Source: Octopus sinensis
Lineage: Eukaryota
Direction: 5' to 3'
DNA length: 64,000 bases
Assembly: GCF_006345805.1 (NCBI RefSeq)
Contig: NC_043002.1
Span: 89,094,001-89,158,000 of the forward strand
Below, piece after piece: positions 38,301 to 51,175 of this stretch. The position numbers and the translations under genes were made by a program. Numbering within the stretch: the stretch's first letter is position 1; the number at the start of each line of letters is the position of its first letter. The notes below the pieces were generated by a model, which saw only the letters and a program-made list of their open reading frames with translations, did not search any database and had not been told where the DNA came from.

Positions 38301-38740
38301 ATTAAGGATCTATGAAGTTGTGTTTTCTTGCTCAATTATGCCAGTCTTAGTTTAACTTTCAACCTTTCACTCACAATACAAGAAACCATCTTAATGCTCT
38401 GCATCATAACAGACCTCTCACACACATGCACACACACACACACACTATTAAGGATCTATGAAGTTGTGTTTTCTTGCTCAATTATGCCAGTCTTAGTTTA
38501 ACTTTCAACCTTTCACTCACAATACAAGAAACCATCTTAATGCTCTGCATCATAACAGACCTCTCACACACATGCACACACACACACACACTATTAAGGA
38601 TCTATGAAGTTGTGTTTTCTTGCTCAATTATGCCAGTCTTAGTTTAACTTTCAACCTTTCACTCACAATACAAGAAACCATCTTAATGCTCTGCATCATA
38701 ACAGACCTCTCACACACATGCACACACACACACACACACT
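38301..38740. repeat. Tandem triplication of a 146-bp unit
   Basis: Units start at 38301, 38447 and 38593 and are essentially identical. Confidence 0.95.
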
Positions 38741-39983
38741 CATCGACCTTCAGTCTTAATCCCTCCCATCTGGACCAATAAAGGAACCTTGGCATGATTC
38801 TTGTTCTCCTAAAAATATCCTATCATATGGGGTTATTAAATCACTTAGGATAGTACTCATGACACTTTCATGAGCATTCAAGATTGGTAGCAGAAAGTGA
38901 TCCTCAAGCAGGAGACCTCACCCAGATACTTGCAGCATGTGTGTGCTGTGTTAAAGGCACCTAAGAACCTGGTGGTGGTTTTCAACCTAGCAAAGATCAA
39001 ATTCTCCCACTCAAGAATAGGAATGGCTACTCCAGCAGGCTTCCACACTGATTCTACTCAGTCTTTGGTCAGTTAAACATTCTAGTAGAAGACACTGGTC
39101 TAAAGTAGTACTGTGCTGGATTGAACATAAAATCATGTAGTTGCAAAGTGCTTTTCTAGCAGACTTAGAGACCTCATTGACGTTTTTTATTGGTTTTCCT
39201 AGTCTAACCATCACCTAATATAATTATCTGGCAATAACATCTATTGCATTTTACTAATAGATGGAAACCTATTGTTGCATTATATCATTATTCATAGAAC
39301 ATTATATTAAGAACAAAGCAATCAAATTGTCATTAAAGGATATGTAATAAGAGATAGTTTACATTCTTTTTCACTTATAACCTACCACAATACAAAATCC
39401 AATCACAATTAACAACCTGGTTCATCAACTTATTGAAATTTCTAAGCTTATAACTAATCTCTAATGAACTACAGCATAAGCTGTATTGTGTTCCAGCATT
39501 ATTAAACTGTTTTATTTAAGTAGTGTTTATCAACAGAAATCTTGGCAAGTTTCATACAGCAATACCTCACTTCACAACCATCCATTTAATAATTCCCCAG
39601 TTTAATGATTTAAGAAAAGAAAAAAAAACAACATAAAATAAAAACTTAGTTAACTGTGCAAATAAATGATAAGCATTTATAATGATTGCTTTCAGAGTTT
39701 AATTACCACATGAACATACTACATTCATATTCTCTTTACTACTCTTTCATCTTAAAACTTTTTCATTAATCCATCTTTCCAAATCATGGTAGCTGATTTC
39801 TAGCTAAAGCTAGTGTTTTAGCATAATATAACTAACAAGAATTGTCACCTATCAGATAATTATAAATCTAGTGTTGGAACCCAAACTGAGTTGCAAAGAA
39901 ACATTCTGTAATGAATGAAAAATAACTGGAAATATTTGATTGTTTATTATTTATGACGTATTTAGTTAATCCAACCATTGGTT

Positions 39984-40290
39984 ATCATCATCATCATCAT
40001 TTAACGACCGTTTTCCATGCTAGCATGGGTTGGACGGTTCGACCGGGGTCTGGTAAGCCATGGAGGCTGCACCAGGCTCTAGTCTGATTTGGCAGTGTTT
40101 CTACAGCTGGATGCCCTTCCTAGCGCCAACCACTCCGCAAGTGTAGTGGGTGTTTTTTACGTGCTACCGGCACAGGGGCCAGAGCAGGCTGGCAAACAGC
40201 CACAATCAGTTGGTGCTTTTATGTGTCACCGATACGGACGCCAGTCAGGCGACGCTAGTATCTGCCACGTTCAGACTATTTTATTGCACC
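39984..40290 (-). mobile_element. RTE tail-only copy
   Basis: Same tail and UTR units. Confidence 0.85.
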
Positions 40291-42439
40291 TTATTTAATA
40301 GTTTTAAAAACTTCTTACATCCAGTCTCATCAGCAACAATGTACTCACCTTCCATATAATATTGTTTCTATATGAAATTGCCTCTGACTTAACGATCTCT
40401 CACGTAATGTGTAGACACTTAGAACCAATTGAATCATTAAGTCAATGTATTCCTGTACCCTCAAAGTTCATCATGTGGATATTTTTTTTCTCTTCAAGCA
40501 AACAATTAGAGAAGTCCAAGTATTGTTGCAATGATCAGTTATTAATTAAACCAGTTTATTTTACTGTAGACATTTTTAAAAACAAAAGAATTAATTTTCA
40601 TATAAAGTCTTTTTTTTTCTTTTACTATATAAATAAATGATTTTAGTTCATGCTTTCTGCAAATACACACAATTAAGAACAAATTCAAATAGCTGAATAT
40701 AGTTGAAATGAAATTCCTAGTTTTCCAAATACGCTAATAAACAATATTTGTCTAACCGTTTCCTTTTCCTAACCTTTTCATATTTTAGCAGTAATTAATT
40801 CAGTAAAATTATCTAATTAATAAAATATAACCTTTGTGTTGTTTTAGAAAGTCACTACAATACAAATTGGAAATAAAGGAGTGTAAACAAACAAAACAAA
40901 AACTAAACTTGACATTTTCCTCTTATTTTCCAGTATTTTGACTTCAAAAAACATTTATCAAAAGAAAATTGGGAGTTCAGTACAAATCTACATAATTATG
41001 TAGGGATGAAGGGTCCAATATGTGCAGCTTTTTAGTGTTATCCAATTAGTGTCACACATCTCTTGCCTTGTTGTTGATGGTGAGATTTATTTTATTCATA
41101 AGAATAGCTTCTTTTTTCCTCAGATTTCCAGTATTCCATTCTGGGGTTTTGATGATCACCACTATATCCTAGTTATAATATTTCTCCAAATGTTTTTTAA
41201 CGTAGGGAGCATTTACATGAATGTGTTCTTTAACACACAAAATGCAATTTGTGAATGGGGCTACCAATGTAAACTTACCCAGATTTATTCCTTACTATGT
41301 TGTACATCGTATAAACATATGTTCACATTGTTATTAGGGTAGTTGACCAGTGTACATACATTATTGCTGTGGGGTGAAGCTGGGAACTACACAGTCATTG
41401 TTTTCTTAGGAATGGCCCAAAATGCACCATTTGTCCCTCTCTACTTATCATCTAACAGATTGTAGCTGTGGTTCTGGCAATGAAGTGTGGCTGCTTTAGT
41501 AAGAGCTGTCACTGAAGGTGTGAACTTCAGAGTTTATTACCAAGGCAGTGTCTTACCTATATATATACACCTCACTTGGATTTTACCACTTCTGAGGTTC
41601 CACTTGCTATGAAACATAAGTAGCCTGGATTTTCCATACTCCATTCTGTAACTCTTGTATTCTTGTTTGCACACTTGCCTACCGTGGAATATAAAAAGAA
41701 CTTTTTCTCAGCTCATCGTTCTTTGATATAGAAAAAAATTCCGCAACCTTCCATCTCAATAAACCACTATTGTTTCTGAAAGTTGCTTTTTTTATATTCA
41801 CTGTGGATTGCTTGAAGCTAACTTTCTTCCTACACTTTGATCCCTGGATCTTACATTTATATATATATATATATGAAAAGTTTATGAATTATAAGAAAAA
41901 TTAGAATAATGTTTTATAATAAATAGGCTAAATTATCATAATTGAAGACAATTTTGGAGAATAAAATTATAGGTTGTTTGTCATGTCCAAACAATATTAC
42001 GTTGTTGTTTAGCTCTGTGTCAGTCCTGATTAAGCAGACCTGTAGTCACTGGCCTTCCAGTCCTGACCACCCTATTTTTTAAATACAATATATATATATA
42101 TATACGAGCAAAACATGCCCCCATCCAATGGACAGTGCTGAATCATATCTGCTGAATAAAAAGCAATCAGTATTTTCTTTTCATTAAAAAATAACTAAGC
42201 ATGCCTTTATTTTAATAAAATTTTTAGTTTTGTTAAACAAAGTTAAGGCAAAAAAATTCTTGAGAAACCAAATAGGCTTTCCTTCCTTCACGCCAAATTT
42301 GAAGAAAATATCTCTTTTGCATCTTACCTTTTTGGTCTCTTAAATATACTGCATTTTGTGGTATTATTTCAAACTATACGGCCTTTCTTGTGAAAACTGC
42401 ATGTGCATTTTTCTCGTGTACGTGTAGTATCGATTGCAA

Positions 42440-42603
42440 CAGCTTCATCAATTGCATTCTCACCTGGAATCGATTTTTGTAATTTTTTCAAGACTTATAC
42501 ATGCCCTGATACCGTCGGTATCTACACATCAAATTTGAGCACAATCGTATGGAGGATGCCCGAGATCCTGGAAGACACACACACACACAGACAGAACAGA
42601 TTT

Positions 42604-42640
<37 letters not shown>
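42440..42640. mobile_element. Dispersed repeat (Helitron-like), related copy at ~30370-30555
   Basis: Shared cattctcacctggaatcgattt...atcaaatttgagcac...ggaggatgcccgagatc...acacagaac..ttttatata. Left boundary uncertain. Confidence 0.55.
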
Positions 42641-42641
<1 letters not shown>

Positions 42642-43635
42642 CTACATTATTAAATGTGTCTCTTTTTAAGATGATAGGGTAAGATTTGATGACTACTATT
42701 TGTAACAAGTCAAGACCTTCTACTATCGCTCACAATATTGTATTATTATTGAAAGCAAAAATTGCAAAATAATATATTTTATGACAGAAGTTGTAATTGA
42801 TCCATTGTGAAAAAGTCATAGTTCTGTCATAGAACTTAGTTGTATACTAATAGAAGTTTTATTCTGTAGAGGCTTTAGTTAGTTCTGATTAAGCACACCT
42901 GTATCACATGGGTAATAAACTACTGTCTCGTTAATGACTTGCCTTGTTCTCAAGAAGACCCATCCACCACAGCAGAAGTGTTAAGGCTGCCCCCTTTGAT
43001 AAAGGGGATTGGCCTTCAAGAATTCTGTGTCTGTGCCATTTACAAGCGCTTGTGCTGGTGCCACTCCAGCCATAGAAACCAAGCCAAATCAGACTGGAAC
43101 CTGGTACAGTTCTCTGGATTACCTGTTCTGGTCAAAACACCCAATGCATGCCCCAGCATGGAAAGCAAACATTAAAAGATGATGATGATTATGATTGGCT
43201 ACATGTTTCATTATGTTAAATCCCTCAAATATAAATCAGCTATAGGAAAGTTCAATATCAGACTTTATAATCTACTAAATACATTTTAGTTATTTCATCT
43301 GTGATAGAATTTAATTAATAGACCATACTCCCACTTAAAATTAAGTTATTTAAATTCAGTTAAAAACACTTTGTTTTTTCAATAACCATTCTATCTGTAT
43401 TTTTCATGCTAGTTAAGAAAGAAATAGTGACATATGATTCCATGATATAAGATGGGCATCATCATCTTCATCAATTTTACATATTCTTTATCAGGCTTAT
43501 AGGTGTTGGGCAGGTCTTCTCCAACGTGTCTCACTATTTCTTGTGTTCCTTTGTCATCACTTGCGAAAAGTGGTTGGTTACTGAAAGAACATCCAGCCTG
43601 TGAAACAGTGCCAAAATCATGAAATACCATATATT

Positions 43636-43833
43636 CTTTTCTACTCTAGGAACAATGACCAAAATTTTTTGGGGAGAGGGTCAATCGATTAGATCAACAT
43701 CAGTATGCAACTGGTGCTTAATTTATCGACCCTGAAAGAATGAAAGGCAAAGTCGACATCAGTGGAATTTGAACTGAGAATACCGCAAAGCATTTCGCCC
43801 GGCGTGCTAGCATTTCTGCCAGCTCACTGCCTT
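43636..43833 (-). mobile_element. SINE family C with TSD (older copies near 23800, 25480, 31000, 46160, 52900, 62230)
   Basis: Core GTCGACTTTGCCTTTCATTCTTTCAGGGTCGATAAATTAAG on the minus strand. 17-bp TSD ATGAAATACCATATATT at 43619-43635 and 43834-43850. Confidence 0.82.
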
Positions 43834-45074
43834 ATGAAATACCATATATTGATAAAACAATAAAGATATATTTAACCAGCTACATGGTTTATTGAGAATC
43901 TCTCCAGTTGATTATTCAAGTTTTGTAAAGATTTGTGGCATAATAATTGGGTGGTTATAAAAAAAAACAGATTCTGAGATTCAAAATAAAACTGATCACA
44001 AAATATTTCATGTCTACTTTTTATAACAACAGAAGGTTTCTGGAGTATATTCTTTTGGTTCTTGTATTTATTAGGTATGTGCTCAGGTTATATGTTAGAT
44101 TTTTCAATGATTTCACAAGTAAATAGAGCTTGATACCTTTGCTTTCCTTATATTTCATTGTCATTCTTTTCGTCTTTGGGACTGATCATGAAACAAATGT
44201 CTTTGAATTGACAGTATAACTGTCGGTGACAGTATAAATGGCGGTGCCCCAGCATGGCCACAGCTCGTGAGCTGAAACTAGATAAAATAAAAAATGAAAT
44301 AACTCACAATGTCTGAATTGTGATTAGTTTATGTCATTTTACATCATTCTAACTCATTGCTTGTATTGTTATTATTTTTAAGCACAGAAAAAAAAGTTCA
44401 ACTTCTCTTATTATTATTGGATCCTAACCCAATTCCATTCACCTTTTGTAATTATATATCCTATGGTTTTTATTAAAAGTCTTTATTGCTTGTTATTGAG
44501 ACCTGTTGAACGACATACCTGTGATTGTTTATTGCTGTGTAAAAAAAAAAAGGAAGTTAAGAAAAAGAACATTGAGAGGTCTCTTTTTCCAATTACAATA
44601 AAAAGAAAATGTGAAGGAGCGTTTTTATGTGCAAGCATATGAACACATTTCAAGTGGAATAGAATTTGGATGCATTGACAAGTCATTTGCTAATTGTTTT
44701 TGACAAGTAAGCTATAGAGATGAAATTGGGAAAATGAACAATAAGGATTAACCCTTTCGATAACAACCCTCTTGTTTTAAAGTATCTATATTTTATGAGA
44801 AAACTAATTCTTCATTAATACCAGCTTAATTAATATGGAAAAGTGTTGTGTTACTATTTCATAAGAACTATGTTATCAGAAGGATTAACTGGTCGTATGT
44901 AGTAAAGTGGAGTAAAGTAAAAAAAAAAAACCTCAAGTAAATAGGCAATACAGGAAGACTGAGAGAAATCAGGAGAAATACTTTATTAATGATGATAAAA
45001 AAGAAAAACTTTTATTGTTGCTACTGCTGATGATTGTGATGCGATAGATTCACTGTTGTTGTTACTGGCTATGG

Positions 45075-45360
45075 TCATCATCATTGTTCAACCGTGGTTG
45101 AGACAATGGAATTTACCATGCTACGCCAGGCTTCATGGTCCATCATAGCATTATGGAGGTCCTGTTGCTGGATGCCTGTATCCCTGGAGATTACATCAGG
45201 GTAGGAGAGTGTGCACCCTCTGGTATCGCGAGTAGATGGCTTCCAGAGGAGAAGAGTAGAAATTGCCTCGTTTTCAGCTCTACAACAATGTCCAGCAAAC
45301 TGGACTCTCCTACCTTTCACAAGAGATGACACAGGTGGTAGTTTCCCATATATTTGCATT
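45075..45360 (-). mobile_element. 3' fragment of a third RTE-like LINE family
   Basis: IYGKLPPVS..VKGRRVQFAGHCCR...LLWKP...AMMDHEAWR followed by a (GAT)n tail. Confidence 0.8.
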
Positions 45361-45555
45361 TATATATTTGGCTATGGTAGTGGTGGTCGTAGCAACAGTT
45401 TCACTATTACTGCTGATATGATATGGTAGATTTTATTATAAACCATCTTAAAACATTGTCACAAAATGCATTTCCTTTATTCTTCTAAGATTAAATTGTT
45501 TTGCTCTTCACGAAAATTGCTTTATTTTTTTTTTTTTCATACTATAATTTTGCAG

Positions 45556-45829
45556 AAGGACCACAGCTGTTACCTTTTTGACTGTGGAAATCCAAGTGTT
45601 TGTGTTTTTGCCCCACACAACAGCTACATCTCCATGAATTTCCAGCAAATAAAAAATAAAGTGGAGACATCTCACGCACACCTTGCAATCAAACATGAAA
45701 GTGAACTGGCAGGCCTCGATAACCAAGGCTCTTCAAAGGACTCTATAGTACAAAGTACCACAACTACAACAACAACAACAACCCATACTACATTCCAGCC
45801 TACTACTTTGAAAAAAAGAACAAAAATAG
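45556..45829 (+). CDS. LRP11: LRP11-like exon 2 (C-terminal half of MANEC, Thr-rich linker)
   Basis: Acceptor ttttgcAG|AAG in phase 0. KDHSCYLFDCGNPSVCVFAPHNSY completes MANEC (CYLFxC...VCxF..H..Y). Poly-Thr follows. Phase-1 donor TAG|GTAACC. Confidence 0.85.
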
Positions 45830-46729
45830 GTAACCAAATGTTTATTTATTTTGCTATAGTTTTCTTTCTTTATTCTATGTACTTTTGCATGCTACATAAA
45901 AGCGCCCATGCACATAAAAGCACCTGTGTGGAGTCACGTAAAAGTGTTTGTACAGTACCCATGCAGTGCCATGTAAAAGTGCCTGTGCAGTGCCACATAA
46001 AAGCACCCAGCACACTTTGCAAAGTGGTTGGCGTTAGGAAGGGCATCCAGCCATAGAAACCAGGTCCAGTCAGACTGGAATCTGGTCCTGGCTTGCTAGC
46101 TCTGGTCACACCATCCAGTCCGTGCCAATATGGACAACAGATGTTAAATGATGATGATTGGTTTCAAATTTTTGCACGAGGCCGGCAAGTTTGGGGGAGG
46201 AGGTAAGTTAATTATATTGACCCCAATGCTCAACTGGTACTTATTTTATTGACCCTGAAAGAATGAAAGGCAAAGTTGACCATGGCAGAACTTGAACTCA
46301 ACATAAAGACAGATAAAATGCTGCTAAGTATTTTGCCTGGTGTGCTAACAATTCTGCTCCTGTTTCTTTTCTTTTTTTTTTTTTTCATTTATACTACATT
46401 CTAAAGTAACTGTCAAGGCCCTCTCTTACCCTTTTGATATCTATCCACATCTGATAGATTCCATGATACAAAACTGTTTTAAAGTGTTCATATTCAAATA
46501 TAAAATTTCTGTCATGATTTTAGTTAAGAACCTTTGTGCTAGAATTTTTCTCCAAACTGCAGCATACATATATATATGAGTATGTGTGTGTGTGTATCAC
46601 CAATGGGAATCAAAATGTATGCTGACTGAAAATACTTTGCAGTATCTAGTTTCACATTAGTTTCCTTTTGTACACCTACTTAACTCTACCTTTCATCTGC
46701 CTCCCTGTTTGATAAAATGCATCAGAAAA

Positions 46730-48881
46730 AAAGGAGTTTGCCAATGTTCAGCATCGTGAGGACCAAAGAACTGAAGTATTTTGGATTGCAAGACAGTGTG
46801 TGAGAGAAAATTGCGATGTCATAGGAGAGAAATGTGTCTGCATGGATGATGGTGCACTTGCTTTTAATGAGTCAACAAAGAAAGAGGCTTGGAGATGCCG
46901 TTATGAAAGACTGCTAAACGTGGAGAATGAATGGGAAGAGGAGAGTCTGCCAATTGAGGAACCAGCTACCTATCGACAGTACCCTGGTAGATAAAGCAAT
47001 TAAGGATATCAAGACAGGGAAGCCCCTGGCCCATCAGAAATCACTGCTGAGATGCTTAAAATATCTGGTGGTGTGGGTTATGGTCTAGTCATATATATTG
47101 TAAATCAGATGGCTCATGAAGGAATCATACCCAATGACTGGTGTAGCAGCACCATAGTCAACTGCTACAAAGGAAAAGGTGATACCTTAAATAGAAATAA
47201 TTACAGAGGTATCAAATTGTTGAATCAGGTGATAAAAGTTACAGAGAGGGTCATAGCCCAGCTAATTAGGGAGAGAGTTAGTCTATATTGGATGCAGTTT
47301 GACGTTGCATCAGATAGAAGCACCAATGATGCTATATTTCTGGTAAGGCAACTGCAGGAAAAATACCTGCCTTGCTACAAGTAAGGTGAGGGTGGGAAGT
47401 ACAGCGAAGAATTCAGGATACAAATAGGGGTTCACCAAGGATCGGTGCTCATCCCCCTCTTGTTCATCATAGTCCTTCAGGCAATAACAGGAATTCAAGA
47501 CAGGCTGCCCTTGGGAGCTCCTCTATGCTGATGACCTTGCTCTTATAGCTGAATCACACCTGAACTAGAGAAGAAATTCTAGATATGGAAGTATGGTCTA
47601 GAATCAAAGGGCTTTAGAGTTAACCTAGCAAAAACCAGTCATAGTAAGTAGGAAGGCAGACAAATCATAAATTCCTTCAGGTAGATGGCCCTGCTCAATC
47701 TGTAGAAAAGGTGTAGGTAGGAACTTCATCAGATGCACTTGGTGTAAGCTTTGGATACATAAAAGGTGCAGCAACATCAAAAGAAGGTTAACAGGGAAAC
47801 TAAATTTTGCATGTGGAAGGTGCACAAGTACAATCAATGCTGAAAATGCACTGAAAATAAATTCCATCAACTGCCAGTGAGGCAAGCTAGATGTAGTAGA
47901 TAGCTTCCATTATCTAGGTGACCAAGTTAGTAGTGGAGGTGGGTGGTCTGAGAGCATAGCTGTGAGAATAAGATTAGGCTGGGCAAAGTTCAGAGAGCTC
48001 CTACCTCTGCTGGCAACAAAGGGCCTCTCTCTCAGAGTGAAAGGAAATTGTTTGATGCCTGTGTGCAAACAGCTATGCTGCATGGCAGTGAAATATGGGC
48101 TATGACAGCTGAGGACATATATGTGTAGGCTTGAAAGAAACGAAGCCACTATGCTTCGCTTGATGTGCAATGTCAGTGTGCATGTTCAATAGAGTGTAAG
48201 TATCATGAGAGAAAAGTTAGGCATAAAAAGAACCAGATGCAGTGTACAAGAGAGATGACTGCTGGTATGGTCATGTGATGTGTATGGATGAGGACAGCTG
48301 TGTAAAGAAGTGTCAGTCTCTAACTGTGGAGGGAACCTGTGGTAGACGTAGACCCAGGCAGACATGGGACGAGGTGGTGAAGCATGACCTTCGAACTTTA
48401 AACCTCACAGAGGCAATGACTGAGACTTTTAGTGATGTGCTGTGCTTGAGAGGACTTGTTAAGCCAAATGCACCCATGCTAGTGGCATGTGAAGATCATC
48501 TTGCCTCACGGAGGCAAAGTGGCTGAGTTCCTTTCAAGTGTTGGGTTTCACAAAGGCAATGACGAAGACCTTTGGCATTATGTTGTGCTTGAGAAGACCC
48601 TTCAAGCTGAGCAAAATTGCAGTCATGGCAGATACCAGTGTCACACAAATTGGCACCTCTGCTGGTGGCACATAAACACACCCTGATATCATGCTAATGG
48701 CACCTGTGCCGGTGGAATGTAAAAGCATCCATTACATTCTCACAGTGGTTGGCATTAGGAAGGGCATCCAGCCATAGAAAACGCTGCCAAATCAGACTGG
48801 TGCAGCCTTCTAGCATGCCAGCCCAGTCAAACCATCCAACCTATGCCAGCATGGACAACAGACATTAAATGATGATGATGA
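46730..48881 (+). mobile_element. RTE LINE, 5'-truncated and degenerate (intron 2 of the LRP11-like gene)
   Basis: IPNDWCSSTIVNCYKGKGD..NYRGIKLL, YADD, GRRRPRQTW, 3' UTR and (GAT)n tail at ~48870. Confidence 0.93.
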
Positions 48882-49074
48882 CAGTGTATTGTGGTAGATA
48901 GAGTCATATAAAACCATGAATGCTGTGCTCCAGCATGGCTTCTGTACAGTAACAGATGCTACTAAAAGAATGAAAGAATTGTGTTTGTAGCACATTTCCA
49001 CTTGCATGTCAGAAAGCACTGTTGGTTCATTATTTTTTTCTTTAATGGTTTGCTGACTTCCACGATCAATAACG

Positions 49075-49225
49075 TCAACATTAATATTCATCTTAAATCT
49101 TTGCAAATCAACAACTGTGCAGATGTTTGCAGAGAGGGGATTCCAGAAGAGTGACGTCCTGGGAATGATGGATTGGGTGTAAAGGTTAGCACAGTGCCTG
49201 GTGGAACACAATATGGGAAACAGGA
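49075..49225 (-). mobile_element. 3' fragment of a CR1/Jockey-like LINE
   Basis: SIIPRTSLFWNPL...DLQRFKMNIN resembles the C-terminal PRT.LWN.L...FK motif. Confidence 0.55.
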
Positions 49226-49383
49226 GAGATGTTAAATACTTTATTCATGTCACTATTTAATATATGTTTAATTTGATATAAATATTTTTTATACACCATA
49301 TTTATTGATATCCCCATTTAGTGTTTTATACACCATACTGCCATTTTTAATTAAAATGGATTTGTGCAATATTTCTATTTTAG

Positions 49384-49497
49384 TGTCTCTTGATGATGTG
49401 TGTACACCAGCAGATGAATGTGAGGATAAACATGCAGAATGTATTCAAGAGAAATGTAGGTGTCAGGAGGGCTATATCATCAAATATGGAATTTGCA
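49384..49497 (+). CDS. LRP11: LRP11-like exon 3 (six-Cys EB/EGF-like module)
   Basis: Acceptor attttAG in phase 1. Encodes VSLDDVCTPADECEDKHAECIQEKCRCQEGYIIKYGIC. Donor GCA|GTGAGT in phase 1. 114 bp. Confidence 0.8.
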
Positions 49498-49886
49498 GTG
49501 AGTATCCCTTTTCAGTTCAATTTTGCTATCAAGACTCATGACTTGGAATATTTATATAGAATAATTTCTTGGAATGAAAGAAAAATTACCATAATTGCTT
49601 TTTAAATATCAGTCTTTTTTTTATTGTAGTTACCATTGTTTTTGTTATTTAGCCCCTGATCATTTCTGACTGAGCAGACTTATGATAAACAGTTGTTTCC
49701 ATTCATGACCATCCTAGTCTTCAATCAGGCATTGCAGATCAAAGGCTACATTTTTCAGTGCATCTCTTTCTTTTCAAGATGGTAGAGGATAAAGAGGGAC
49801 ATATGCTACTATTTCTAACAGATCAAATGGCTATGTAGTGATACTCACATTGGTTCAATAAACATTTTTATTCTTAGACAGAATGG

Positions 49887-50073
49887 CTGATTAGCAGTGT
49901 TATGGAATTTTCCTGATCTAATTAGTAGTTTTATAGGACTTTCCTGGTTTGATTAGCAGCCTTGTAGGACTTTCCTGGCTTGGCTAGTGGTTTTATGAAA
50001 CCCTCCTGATGTAATAAGTGGACTTATGAAACTCTTTTGCTGTGGTTAGTGGTCTTATAGGTATTTTCTTGGT
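49887..50073. repeat. Degenerate 31-bp minisatellite, 6 units
   Basis: Consensus approximately ytgattagyrgyyttatrgractttcctgrt. Confidence 0.8.
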
Positions 50074-50663
50074 CTATGAGGGCAAAATATTCTGTAACAT
50101 TCGTAAGATTATTGATTAGCTTTCACCATTATATAGAATAGGAGTAGTGTTGGCAGAGATAGAATCTAGGAGAGAAAGTGGTAAGTATAGGCTCTTTGAA
50201 AGAGGTGGAATGAAACACATAATGTTTAGGAGAATGTAGTAAAGTAAAGTAATGACAAGTAAACCCAATGTGATATTGGGCAAGTACAGAGAGGAATAGT
50301 ATATTAAGAGGTGTAGAGAAGTAACAATATCCCAGTAGGTGGTCAGTTATTAGTAACTTTATGGTGGTAAGTTTGTCTAACAAGTAAATACATTTTCTTT
50401 TTGTGACATGATCTGACACTTTAAAACATGAGGTACATATTAGATTTCCAAATACAGGACTACTTTTACAACATGGATAAGGAAAAGACATTATGAAGCT
50501 TTATAGCTGCTTAGGACTAAAGTATATATATATTTTTTATTGCTGAAAAGGAAACCTAATCTCCTTACTACTGTTTTAAAGACACCGAGATTGCAGGCTT
50601 TTGACAAGTTATTACTAATGATGTTACTAGACCTGGTGTGGAATTTGGTATACTTATAGTATT

Positions 50664-50706
50664 GAGTTAATCATTAGCTGGAATCATTCCAGCTAATGAT
50701 TAACTC
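50664..50706. repeat. Perfect 43-bp palindrome (21-bp arms, 1-nt centre)
   Basis: GAGTTAATCATTAGCTGGAAT-C-ATTCCAGCTAATGATTAACTC. Confidence 0.95.
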
Positions 50707-50929
50707 TGAAATTAATCTGAGTTAATCTGAAATACTCAGATTCTGAAACACCATTTTCTGGAAAAGAATATCTGTCTTTGAAACATTGCTAAAAAATTCA
50801 AGATATTGGAACTTAGAATGTCTTTTAGTTCTTTACTACAGGAAATCATGTAGACTATTGAAGGGTTGACTATGAATGACAACTGCAATTGATAGATAAG
50901 AATGGAGTTTGACATTATTATATAACAGA

Positions 50930-51175
50930 GCACAGGTGGCATGTGTAAAAAGATTCTAGCGAGGTCATTGCCAGTACCACCTGACTGGCCCCCGTGCCGA
51001 TGGCACGTAAAAAGCATCCACTACACTCTCGGACTGGTTGGCATTAGGAAGGGCATCCAGCTGTAGAAACTCTGCCAGATCAAGACTGGAGCCTGGTGCA
51101 GCCATCTGGTTTGCCAGCCTTCAGTCAAAATCATCCAACCCATGCTAGCATGGAAAGCGGATGATGAACGATGAG
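50930..51175 (+). mobile_element. RTE tail-only copy (older + copies at ~37330, 43050, 45900, 53320)
   Basis: Near reverse complement of 9176-9430. Confidence 0.85.
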
